From assembly GCF_024345225.1 (NCBI RefSeq), contig NZ_BROD01000001.1, forward strand, positions 3,452,516 to 3,484,515: a DNA stretch of 32,000 nt, given 5' to 3'. Origin of the DNA: Inconstantimicrobium mannanitabidum (lineage in GTDB: Bacteria > Bacillota > Clostridia > Clostridiales > Clostridiaceae). Of this stretch, positions 1 to 8,183 are shown piece after piece. The position numbers were made by a program, and so were the translations under genes. Each line of letters begins with the position of its first letter. Positions within the stretch are counted from its first letter, which is position 1. The notes under the pieces were generated by a model. It searched no databases. It was not told the origin of the DNA and worked only from the letters and a program-made list of their open reading frames with translations.

Positions 1-1612
1 TCCAAAGCAATTGATTCAAGGGCAGCTTTGATAATAAAGGATAAGCAAATGTAGTGGTTCCCACAAATATAATCAATGCACTAAGGAAACCTGCTATGCT
101 TTTTCTATTTGATAATAAAAGTCCCAATATAGATATTAATAATACAGATAGTCCATAGTAGTAGGTTTCAATTCCTCCCTGCAGCCTTAATGTTGGGTTT
201 AAAGAAATACTTGCCTTAGCACTCATAGACCTCATAACTTCGGAGGTTGAGGAAGATTCCATTCCCATTAAGCCTCCCTTTAATGCAGGATATAACCAAA
301 TACCAACCATTGCAAAACATAACAGCATACTCACTATCAAAAAAGCAGACTCCTTATATGATTTATTTATAGTACAGTAAATGATTACAAATATAAAGCT
401 AGCAATTCCAATCATTGCTGCAATCATTACATGACATAAGATAATATTGCTCATTATTATAATAATAAAGAATATACTTCTCTTATTTTTGTATTCAATA
501 AAACTCCAAATAAAATAAAACAAACATGGCAAAAGCATTGTTATTACCATACGTGGAAAATTGCCTTCAGAAAAAAATACTCTCATGTTATCTGGCAACA
601 AAAACCACAAAGTACCAAGTGTTATACACAAAGACATTCTTTTATTATGTATTCCAAAAAGCAGCCAACCTGAAGCACCAATAAAAAAAGATAGTCCTAC
701 AAACACTATATAAGCATTCACAGGATCTCCACCAACTAAAAATTGTAATGCAGCTAATATGTAATATGGAACTGGTGCCCAATATCTAAATGGTTGTATA
801 CCGTTATACCACAAGTTTGTATACAATGGATAATAATCTCCATTTTTTATGCTTTCATATAAGAAATTAGCTTTAAAAATATGGCCATAAATATCACTGC
901 CTTTTGGATATAGGCCTGATCTTTTTATATAAATCATGATTCCGTAAGAGCACGCTAAAAAATATATACAAGCTATTAACACTTTCATATAAGTGTATAT
1001 TTTTTCTTTGTTCTTTACATTTCTTTCACTAGTATGAGAATCAATTTCTAGATTAACAGATGTTTCAGTATTCTCTACATAATTTTGATTTATTACAAAA
1101 ACATCATTGTCGCCTTCCTTTGATAAATTATACTTAGGTATATTTTTATCTTTCTTCATCTGCATTTTATATGAATTTATGAATTTATTTTCAGTGAGGA
1201 CATCCTCTATAATCAACATATTTGCTTCACCATTAAGCAATCCTAATACTGAAGTATCTGAAACAGAAAATATTCTTGTTGGAGTTTCACTAATATCTAA
1301 CTTTAATAAGCTAAAATCATTTACCACTAATATCTGCTTAATTTTTTCATAAAATTCATTTCCAATATTCTCTATAGTAGGCTCAATGATATTAAATGGC
1401 TCAATATCATTCAAGTACATGCCCTTATACATACTTAAGTATTGATGAACCTTTTTCTCTAATTCTTCATACCCAATAAATTCACTTGTTTCCTGCTTCA
1501 TCAATAATGCTATCTCTAAAGTATGAGAATGAGGTTTTGTAGTTTCAGTTGACGAATTTATGCTATGTGATACATTTATTCTAAATTTGTACTTATATGC
1601 ACTCACTGACAC
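1..1612 (-). CDS. 6-pyruvoyl-tetrahydropterin-synthase-related domain polytopic membrane protein (GT-C-like); the C-terminal part lies beyond the left window edge
   Basis: The minus-strand frame is open from the left edge up to the in-frame TGA at 1621-1619. It is absent from the supplied track because it is truncated. The candidate start is GTG 1612-1610, 10 nt after SD AAGGAGGA (1630-1623). My translation starts VSVSAYKYKFRINVSHSINSSTETTKPHSHTLEIALLMKQETSEF (QueD/PTPS-like His motif). Many hydrophobic helices follow, including YGHIFKANFLYESIKNGDYYPLYTNLWYNGIQPFRYWAPVPYY. Confidence 0.75.
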   Translation of the reverse strand, partial: MSVSAYKYKFRINVSHSINSSTETTKPHSHTLEIALLMKQETSEFIGYEELEKKVHQYLSMYKGMYLNDIEPFNIIEPTIENIGNEFYEKIKQILVVNDFSLLKLDISETPTRIFSVSDTSVLGLLNGEANMLIIEDVLTENKFINSYKMQMKKDKNIPKYNLSKEGDNDVFVINQNYVENTETSVNLEIDSHTSERNVKNKEKIYTYMKVLIACIYFLACSYGIMIYIKRSGLYPKGSDIYGHIFKANFLYESIKNGDYYPLYTNLWYNGIQPFRYWAPVPYYILAALQFLVGGDPVNAYIVFVGLSFFIGASGWLLFGIHNKRMSLCITLGTLWFLLPDNMRVFFSEGNFPRMVITMLLPCLFYFIWSFIEYKNKRSIFFIIIIMSNIILCHVMIAAMIGIASFIFVIIYCTINKSYKESAFLIVSMLLCFAMVGIWLYPALKGGLMGMESSSTSEVMRSMSAKASISLNPTLRLQGGIETYYYGLSVLLISILGLLLSNRKSIAGFLSALIIFVGTTTFAYPLLSKLPLNQLLW

Positions 1613-1651
1613 CCAAACTCATTCCTCCTTAGCTTATAGGCTATTTACTGC

Positions 1652-1801
1652 CTATTTATCAAATAATCCCCCACCATTTCCACTCTTTCTTCCTTTTGCT
1701 GCTTTACCTATGCTTTTAGCTGGTCTTTGATTATTTTTTGAATTCCCAGCCTTCTTCTTTTCTTCTATTAGTTTTTTCATCATTTCAATATTTTTATTCA
1801 T
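1652..1801 (-). CDS. 49-aa lysine-rich small protein (hypothetical)
   Basis: Hand translation: MNKNIEMMKKLIEEKKKAGNSKNNQRPAKSIGKAAKGRKSGNGGGLFDK*. ATG at 1801-1799 is preceded by GAGAGGA about 9 nt upstream. It stops 39 nt before the start of the membrane-protein gene. It is below the size cutoff of the ORF track, and I recognise no homology. Confidence 0.4.
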   Translation of the reverse strand: MNKNIEMMKKLIEEKKKAGNSKNNQRPAKSIGKAAKGRKSGNGGGLFDK

Positions 1802-1826
1802 TTAAAATCATCCTCTCTTCAATTAT

Positions 1827-1867
1827 CAAAAAAACCGACCAAACTAATATTACTCAATCGGTCGGTT
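1827..1867 (-). terminator. Rho-independent terminator downstream of the 1950..2975 gene
   Basis: Minus strand reads AACCGACC-(18-nt loop)-GGTCGGTT followed by TTTTTTT. Confidence 0.55.
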
Positions 1868-1949
1868 ATCAATATAATTTTACTTTTAATATGCCTTATA
1901 CATCTAGAAATAAACTACCATATAACTTATGTTCTGTCACATACTTTAA

Positions 1950-2975
1950 CTAATTACTAAATCTAGTTTTATAATACTTATTATTCACTAAACTAGTAAC
2001 TCCATAATTATAAAAAGATAAAAACTCTCCATCATACTTAGTTTGCTTCCCTGTTTCAACTTCAGTAACTACCTTACTATTGCTATTATTAACAAAAATA
2101 CTCCCTTTACTACTAATATATATATCTTTAGTTGCCACAGCACTACTTAATGTTATAGGAGTTCTTTTTCTTTCATTCTTAGGTATGGAAAAACTAAAAA
2201 TTGTATCAATCTTATTATCTGATTGCAACTCTCCAAAGTATGCCACACCATCATCATCTACACCCAACACTGTAGTCTTTCTTTTAGCATTTAAATAAAT
2301 TCTACTTCTTGGTTGAGTTGTATATATATATCCATTAAGATTTTGATATACTAATCTATCTTGTGTAGGAAGAACAAAGAAATCACTCAATGTACTTATT
2401 TTTATTGATTGCTCTGTAACCTTAGTTTGATTTATATCTGTTCTATAAGCAGTATTATCAACTCTAACATAAATAACTCCTGTAATTGTTGAAGTTCTTA
2501 TATCATAATCCTTGTGTTTTGATGAATAATAACAAATATCAATAATCTTTTGTTTTGTATTCTTCTCAGGCTCATAATTATATAAAGCAACTTTGCTGCC
2601 TTCCCTTGTCAAAAACAGCATTAAATTTCTATCATTTACCCATGTTGTTCTTAATAAACTTCCAGTATCTAATCCTTCAATTTTTTGAGTACTGCCATTG
2701 CTTGTGTTTGCAATATTTATAGACGTACCATCATTATACATTATAAACTTGCCATCATAAGATACCTTAACATTTTTAGATTCACTAGGTATCTCCATAT
2801 GAACCTCTGGTTTTGAAGACATATCTGAAACATTAACTTGCTTCATATCTACATCAGTATTATCTTTAAAATAAAATTTATCAAGAAATAAAAGTATACT
2901 TCCTTGAAATACAATTGATATTAGCATCCAAGCTAATATATGTTTTCCTTTTAAATTGTAACCACAAACTTTCAT
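1950..2975 (-). CDS. Membrane-anchored hypothetical protein (N-terminal TM helix, large extracytoplasmic beta-rich domain)
   Basis: 341-aa ORF. SD AAGGAGA lies 5-6 nt upstream of the ATG. The start is 16 nt after the stop of the upstream glycosidase gene, so an operon is likely. Hydrophobic segment ILAWMLISIVFQGSILLFL. Repeated YDGK/NDGT-type motifs are faintly TolB/PD40-like; this is a weak impression only. Confidence 0.7.
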   Translation of the reverse strand: MKVCGYNLKGKHILAWMLISIVFQGSILLFLDKFYFKDNTDVDMKQVNVSDMSSKPEVHMEIPSESKNVKVSYDGKFIMYNDGTSINIANTSNGSTQKIEGLDTGSLLRTTWVNDRNLMLFLTREGSKVALYNYEPEKNTKQKIIDICYYSSKHKDYDIRTSTITGVIYVRVDNTAYRTDINQTKVTEQSIKISTLSDFFVLPTQDRLVYQNLNGYIYTTQPRSRIYLNAKRKTTVLGVDDDGVAYFGELQSDNKIDTIFSFSIPKNERKRTPITLSSAVATKDIYISSKGSIFVNNSNSKVVTEVETGKQTKYDGEFLSFYNYGVTSLVNNKYYKTRFSN

Positions 2976-2990
2976 TATTTCTCCTTTTAA

Positions 2991-4019
2991 CTATTTAACT
3001 ATAATCGATGATGCTATATATCTTTCCCCTAATGCATTAGACACCTTATTTATAACTTGTCCATTTAGATACATGGTTGCTGATTTACCACCATCTAGGT
3101 TAAGTGCTGTAACACATTTCCCTTTGGTTAACATAAGAGTTTGTAATTCAGTCATCGTTGCTCCTGGACCTTCTACTAAGTCTCTTCCATCTATAACCAT
3201 CAGTACTACTGAGCCATCAGCACGTTGTCCAATTGCAGTTCTTGGTGCAATACCTCCTGCCCCATATCCTCCACTTAAATTGGTAGGTTTTCCTTCCCTA
3301 ACAAGGGTAGGTGCAAAAGTTACTGCTTCCCTAACATTTAGTTCCTTTAATTGATTGATGGAATAACTTCCTGCATACATCTTTCCTTGATTATCAAAAG
3401 CAACACAATCTGTCTTTTTATTGTTAGAACTTAAATCATTAAACTTAACTACTCCATTACTAATTATTATTCCTGTAGGAGTACCTCCGTTACCTGTGTA
3501 AGTTGAGTTACTCGAACTGTCCACAAAAGCCCCACCATTTATTGCAGCTACTGCATTATTTTTCATTGCCATTTGAGAAGTAGTTTCTCCTTTTTTATAC
3601 ATGCTGTCTGTATATGCAATTTTAACTCTTTGAGGATCTTTAATAACTAACATACGCCCTTTGTATTTGCTATTCTCAAATTCAAAAAGTTCTATACTAT
3701 TATCATGCTTACCATTTATAACTACAGTGGAAGCATTGTTCTCCACACCATCTAAATTACTATTTCCTTCATTGGAGCTTAGTATTTTTTCTATTCTCTC
3801 TTTTGATAGAAATAATGTAGCCAAATATTGATGTCTACCTGAAGTCATAGCTGATCCAACATATATTCTTTTAGCATTTTCAAAAGGCCCATAAAGAAGT
3901 ACAAATGGAGCTGTTATTAAAGTAAAAAAAAGCTCAAATACAATAAATACCGCTATTAAACCTTTCTTATTTTTTTTACGCTTTTTCAACTTTTTTAACC
4001 TATTTGAATTTACACTCAA
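2991..4019 (-). CDS. Phosphodiester glycosidase family protein (DUF2233/NAGPA-like), N-terminally membrane anchored
   Basis: 342 aa. TTG start is 7 nt after GGAGGA. A basic N-terminus is followed by a TM helix. Family-typical motifs: AINGGAF, GTPTGIIISNG, PRTAIGQRADGSVVLMVIDGR, ALNLDGGKSATM. Confidence 0.85.
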   Translation of the reverse strand: MSVNSNRLKKLKKRKKNKKGLIAVFIVFELFFTLITAPFVLLYGPFENAKRIYVGSAMTSGRHQYLATLFLSKERIEKILSSNEGNSNLDGVENNASTVVINGKHDNSIELFEFENSKYKGRMLVIKDPQRVKIAYTDSMYKKGETTSQMAMKNNAVAAINGGAFVDSSSNSTYTGNGGTPTGIIISNGVVKFNDLSSNNKKTDCVAFDNQGKMYAGSYSINQLKELNVREAVTFAPTLVREGKPTNLSGGYGAGGIAPRTAIGQRADGSVVLMVIDGRDLVEGPGATMTELQTLMLTKGKCVTALNLDGGKSATMYLNGQVINKVSNALGERYIASSIIVK

Positions 4020-4143
4020 TTTATATCCTCCTCTTCGTGATATTACATTTGTAAAAATAAATACATTTCATTATATAACATATGAAAATAATAATAAACC
4101 CATTTTACACATTTTAACAAAACGTATTTATTCCTTCTCACAA

Positions 4144-6567
4144 CTAACGTATATTTTCTTGCAAAATATCAATAAACTCTTTAACAATATATGGATCAAA
4201 CTGTGTCCCTGAACATTCATTCAATTCTTTAAAGGCATATTCTAAATTAAAAGCCTCCTTATAAGCTCTCTTATTAGTCATTACATCAAAAGAATCTACT
4301 ACATTTATTATTCTTGATAATAACGGAATCTCTTCTCCCTTAAGACCATTTGGATATCCAGTACCATCATATCTCTCATGATGAGCTAGTATTTCGTTTG
4401 CGATGTGTGAAAAATCAGAGCTTGATTTTGCAATTCTATATCCAATTTGAGTATGTGTTTTCATTATAGCCCATTCCTCCACTGTAAGCTTGCCTGGCTT
4501 CATAAGAATATTTTCTGGTATTCCTACTTTACCTATATCATGAAGTAATGACAATAATTTTAATTCATCTAACTTTTCTTGATTTAATCCTAGCTTCTCT
4601 CCTAGTTGAATACTTAATTCCTTTATCCTAACAGTATGTTCTTCTGTCTCGCTATGCTTCTCATGGAGAGTATTTAGTAAAGATTCTATAGTTGCACTTC
4701 TAGTACTCTCTTCTTCTGTAAGCTTATTACGATACATTCTCAAATCTGCTAATCCCATTACTAATTCAGTCTCGCTAATTTCCTCTGTCTTACTTGCATA
4801 TCCTATAGCCATACTAACTTTGTACTTGTATCCAAACAAGCTATCACATTTTATTTTTATCTTGTCTTGCAGATTTTTTACATATTCCTCATCTTTATCT
4901 TCTATTAAAATAATAAATTCATCCCCACCCAAGCGAGATATTATATCATCTTGTTCACAACTTTCTGTTAATATGTTAGCAATTGTACACAGCAAATGAT
5001 CTCCTTCCTTATGACCGAAGGTATCATTAACAACTTTTAATCCATTAACATCACACATAACAATATAGTACTGGGATTTAGGACTTGAGTCTAAAGCTTG
5101 AAATTGTTTCTCCATATAGGACCTGTTCCTTAATCCAGTAAGCTTATCTGAATAGCTTAAAAATAACGTTTCCTCTTCATATTTTTTTCTATCTGTTATA
5201 TTTACCAAAGTACTTATAATTCTTAATGGCTTTCCGTTTTCATCCTTTCCTACAATCTTTCCTCTATGTAAAACCCATGTTATATTTCCTAACTGATCTA
5301 TCATTCTGTATTCTGCATTAAAATACTCAGAGTTTCCATTAATAATATTATGATAATGTTCTCTTAAACGCTCTGCACATTCTAAATGCACTCTAGATAC
5401 ATATTCCCTCTCTGAAACATAATTCTTTTCACTATTAAATCCAATTAATTGTTTTAATTCATTACTTATATACACCCTATCTTCTTTAACTGAATAATCC
5501 AAAACTCCATCATTAGTAGCCTCCATAAGCATCATAAATCTTTCATTTTGTTCTCTCATTCCTTTATAAGCTAAATTAAGCTCTTTTAACATTCTATTAG
5601 TTAATGCTGCAAACATTGCATATTCATCTTTTCCGGGTAAGGAAATCGTTCTTGTAATATCCTTACTTACTATAATCTCTTCGATAAAATCATTAAGTTT
5701 TTTTAATCTTTTTAAGCTATACTTGTTTAAAACTATAAAATCTATAGCTATGATAGCTATGAGTAAAATTATAAAATGTATGTTAAAAAGAATAAAATAT
5801 TCATTTACTGCTTTCTTATCTCCAAAATTAATTAATTTTACAGCAATGACATCATCTCCATTAATGTTCTTTAGCACTTTTACAGCTTCTATAGATTCTT
5901 TATCTTGTTTATATCTTATATTTTCAACTAACTTATCATAACTCGATATATTAAATTTACTTGCTTCTTCAATATCAGCTTCTACATTAACCAACCTTTT
6001 CAAGATATTGAATGTGCTTATGTCTAAATGTTTTATAATAATTAAAAAACCATTACTAATGTTTTGATTATCTGATGGCGTTACAGTTGATATTCCAACA
6101 ACATACAAATTACCATTTTGCACCATTAGACCTACTCTATTCTTTTTTATGTTTTCAATATGTACACTATTAATTATATCTTTAGATATCTTTTTCTCTT
6201 TATCCTCTTTTGCATATACTATCTTTCCACTTTTGTTTATAAAAATCATTGCTTGCAAATCCAAGTTTTTTAATGTGTCATCCTGTAAATTTGAAGCAAT
6301 ATACTTTTTATCACTGTTCGTTATAAATTCATATGTATCTGTCCATTTAGCCCAATCTTCAACAGTTCTAGTTACACTATTCTGTTCTTTAGTAATAACA
6401 TCACTTACTGCATCAAAACTTTTCTTTGTTTCTTCAAGCTTTCTATTATTTACATATCCAGAATAAGAATGTTCAAAAATAATATCTGTAACTCCTATAA
6501 GCGGAATTACACTTAATACAGTTATAACAATTGCCTTATATTTTATTTTTATAATTTTCACCTCCAA
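4144..6567 (-). CDS. Membrane sensor diguanylate cyclase / HD-GYP phosphodiesterase (extracytoplasmic sensor-TM-PAS-GGDEF-HD-GYP)
   Basis: 807 aa. Two TM segments flank an extracytoplasmic domain of about 240 aa. PAS-like MLMEATNDGVLDY. GGDEF domain with intact RLGGDEFIILI. HD-GYP domain with HDIGKVGIP and HHERYDGTGYPNG. The exact start is uncertain: TTG 6567, GTG 6561, or a rarer codon after the GGAGG at 6566-6562. Confidence 0.9.
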   Translation of the reverse strand: MEVKIIKIKYKAIVITVLSVIPLIGVTDIIFEHSYSGYVNNRKLEETKKSFDAVSDVITKEQNSVTRTVEDWAKWTDTYEFITNSDKKYIASNLQDDTLKNLDLQAMIFINKSGKIVYAKEDKEKKISKDIINSVHIENIKKNRVGLMVQNGNLYVVGISTVTPSDNQNISNGFLIIIKHLDISTFNILKRLVNVEADIEEASKFNISSYDKLVENIRYKQDKESIEAVKVLKNINGDDVIAVKLINFGDKKAVNEYFILFNIHFIILLIAIIAIDFIVLNKYSLKRLKKLNDFIEEIIVSKDITRTISLPGKDEYAMFAALTNRMLKELNLAYKGMREQNERFMMLMEATNDGVLDYSVKEDRVYISNELKQLIGFNSEKNYVSEREYVSRVHLECAERLREHYHNIINGNSEYFNAEYRMIDQLGNITWVLHRGKIVGKDENGKPLRIISTLVNITDRKKYEEETLFLSYSDKLTGLRNRSYMEKQFQALDSSPKSQYYIVMCDVNGLKVVNDTFGHKEGDHLLCTIANILTESCEQDDIISRLGGDEFIILIEDKDEEYVKNLQDKIKIKCDSLFGYKYKVSMAIGYASKTEEISETELVMGLADLRMYRNKLTEEESTRSATIESLLNTLHEKHSETEEHTVRIKELSIQLGEKLGLNQEKLDELKLLSLLHDIGKVGIPENILMKPGKLTVEEWAIMKTHTQIGYRIAKSSSDFSHIANEILAHHERYDGTGYPNGLKGEEIPLLSRIINVVDSFDVMTNKRAYKEAFNLEYAFKELNECSGTQFDPYIVKEFIDILQENIR

Positions 6568-6625
6568 GACTTACCTTTAAAAATAATGATTTTATTTATA
6601 TGATTTCTTCATTAAGTTTCTATTT

Positions 6626-6691
6626 AGACATCTAAAAATAAGTAGAGATTCCAAATAGATTAATATATAAACTATTTACTTCCAGATGCCT
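6626..6691 (-). repeat. Palindromic repeat element, copy A (in the 5' region of the GGDEF/HD-GYP gene)
   Basis: Minus strand: AGGCATCTGGAAGTAAATAG - 26 nt - CTACTTATTTTTAGATGTCT. As minus-strand RNA, 19 of 20 positions pair, including 4 G-U pairs. As plus-strand RNA those four become C-A mismatches. Confidence 0.8.
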
Positions 6692-6881
6692 CTTCATAAA
6701 ATCAGAAAAAAAAAGAACTAAAAAATTAGTCTTCATTTCATATAGTCATACTTAATGAATAATATTCGACATATTCTCTCATTTTCCTTCACTTTCGTTT
6801 ATCTTTTAACTATATAATGATTACATATGCATATCTTATATATATATCGTTAATTTATTTATAAAATTCAAGATATTTTGC

Positions 6882-6917
6882 AAAAAAAGATTGATTACTT
6901 ATCCATAATCAATCTTT
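6882..6917 (-). terminator. Rho-independent terminator of the EamA transporter gene
   Basis: Minus strand: AAAGATTGATTA-(8-nt loop)-TAATCAATCTTT followed by TTTTTTTG. It lies about 35 nt after the stop at 6952. Confidence 0.75.
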
Positions 6918-6951
6918 CTTAAACCTAACACTTATTAACCTATAAATAATT

Positions 6952-7872
6952 TTACTCTTTCACCCTATATACCAGATAAATTCCATAACACACAAATATC
7001 AATGCTATAAAAATCTTTATATCAAATATATTTTCTCCAAGAAATAACGCTGATAATACAGATCCAAATACAGGTATCATAAAATTGAAAATAGATATTA
7101 ATCCAACTTTATTATACTTTAACAATTGAGTCCATATTGCAAAAGAAATTGAAGATAATAACGCCATGTAAATTAAAAGTACTGTGGATTTTACTGAAAA
7201 TCCATGCATGCTTCCACCCAATAAAAATCCTAAAACAGTTAAAAAAATACCTCCAATAAATAATTGTAACCCTGTAACTGTAGATGCATCCTTCTTTTGA
7301 GTAATAGTCTTGCCATATATAGCGGAGACTGCAAATAGAAATGCTGAAATCATTATGAAACCTTCACCATTAAATGTGAACTTGCCTCCTAATGATTGTC
7401 CATTTAAATTAACTATAATTACACCTAAAAAACCTATAATACAACCTATAACTTTATTAGTATTAAGTTTATCATTTTTATAAATAAAATGTGCTAGCAA
7501 TATACTGAAGAAAGTTCCTGTTCCATTAATTATTGAGCCTCTCACACCTGTTGTGTAAGATAATCCTATATAAAAAAATATATACTGTAGTGTAGTTTGC
7601 ATTGTTCCTAATAATGTAATTTGACCAAAATCTTTTATTGAAAAATTCAATATACTCTTCCCTGTTACCAACTGCATTAGAAGAACGAATATCCCTGCTA
7701 ATGCAAATCTATACCCTGCAAAAACTAACTTACTTCCTATGTCATTACTTGCTATTTTAAATAATGAATACCCTATTTTTATGGCTGGATAAGCACTTCC
7801 CCATAAGGCACAGCACAATATCGCTAATACCACAATATTTTTTCTTTTAGTATAAAATTTAATTTTGTCCAT
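6952..7872 (-). CDS. EamA/DMT-family transporter (10-TM drug/metabolite exporter type)
   Basis: 306 aa and highly hydrophobic, with the two-fold EamA-like architecture (GSAYPAIKIG..., ...LSALFLGE). Confidence 0.85.
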   Translation of the reverse strand: MDKIKFYTKRKNIVVLAILCCALWGSAYPAIKIGYSLFKIASNDIGSKLVFAGYRFALAGIFVLLMQLVTGKSILNFSIKDFGQITLLGTMQTTLQYIFFYIGLSYTTGVRGSIINGTGTFFSILLAHFIYKNDKLNTNKVIGCIIGFLGVIIVNLNGQSLGGKFTFNGEGFIMISAFLFAVSAIYGKTITQKKDASTVTGLQLFIGGIFLTVLGFLLGGSMHGFSVKSTVLLIYMALLSSISFAIWTQLLKYNKVGLISIFNFMIPVFGSVLSALFLGENIFDIKIFIALIFVCYGIYLVYRVKE

Positions 7873-8014
7873 ATAATACGTATTTTCCTTTCTTGAATAT
7901 CTAATAATAATTTTTATAGTGTTTAAATCTACACAATAAATTATAGCCTATACACAAATATAAATCTTGTAAAATATTTTTCTCATTAAATTACTAATAT
8001 TTATAAAATTTTAG

Positions 8015-8043
8015 TTGTATGCAATTTAATTTAATGTTACAAT
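8015..8043 (+). promoter_or_regulatory. Candidate sigma-A promoter for the nitroreductase gene
   Basis: TTGTAT (8015-8020), a 17-nt spacer, then TACAAT (8038-8043). This would give a leader of about 130 nt that contains repeat copy B. Confidence 0.4.
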
Positions 8044-8119
8044 AGATAAAAGTAATTATTAATTAATAATAAATATTATATACTTATACCTAATTATCTC
8101 AAATAAAAATTTATAAGAT

Positions 8120-8168
8120 GGCATCGGAAAATAAACTAGCATATAAACCTATTTACTTTCAGATGCCT
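8120..8168 (-). repeat. Palindromic repeat element, copy B (abuts the nitroreductase SD)
   Basis: Plus strand: GGCATCGGAAAATAAACTAG-CATATAAAC-CTATTTACTTTCAGATGCCT. It is immediately followed by AAGGAGGG and ATG 8184. The conserved arm AGGCATCTGAAAGTAAATAG reads on the minus strand. Confidence 0.8.
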
Positions 8169-8183
8169 AAGGAGGGAACCAAA

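Noticed and set aside
1107-1953. Track ORFs 1107..1352 (+) and 1738..1953 (+).
   Set aside because: The first is antisense to the uninterrupted PTPS-domain membrane-protein frame. The second spans a terminator, a repeat remnant and the small minus-strand ORF, and has no SD. Both translations look non-protein-like.
4044-4064. TACATTTGTAAAAATAAATAC resembles the partner arm of the repeat family and sits about 12 nt upstream of the glycosidase SD on the minus strand.
   Set aside because: It has only loose similarity in very AT-rich sequence. I could not find a convincing complementary arm; the best pairing has multiple mismatches and a 45-nt loop.
8118-8183. N-terminal extensions proposed by the ORF track: 8118 for the nitroreductase, 23683 for metG, 28675 for the serpin, 16207 for motA, 20744 for rnz, 19629 for the phosphoesterase and 21125 for the small membrane protein.
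   Set aside because: In each case an internal ATG has a well-spaced SD and gives the family-typical N-terminus. The 8118 and 23683 starts lie inside palindromic repeat copies B and D.
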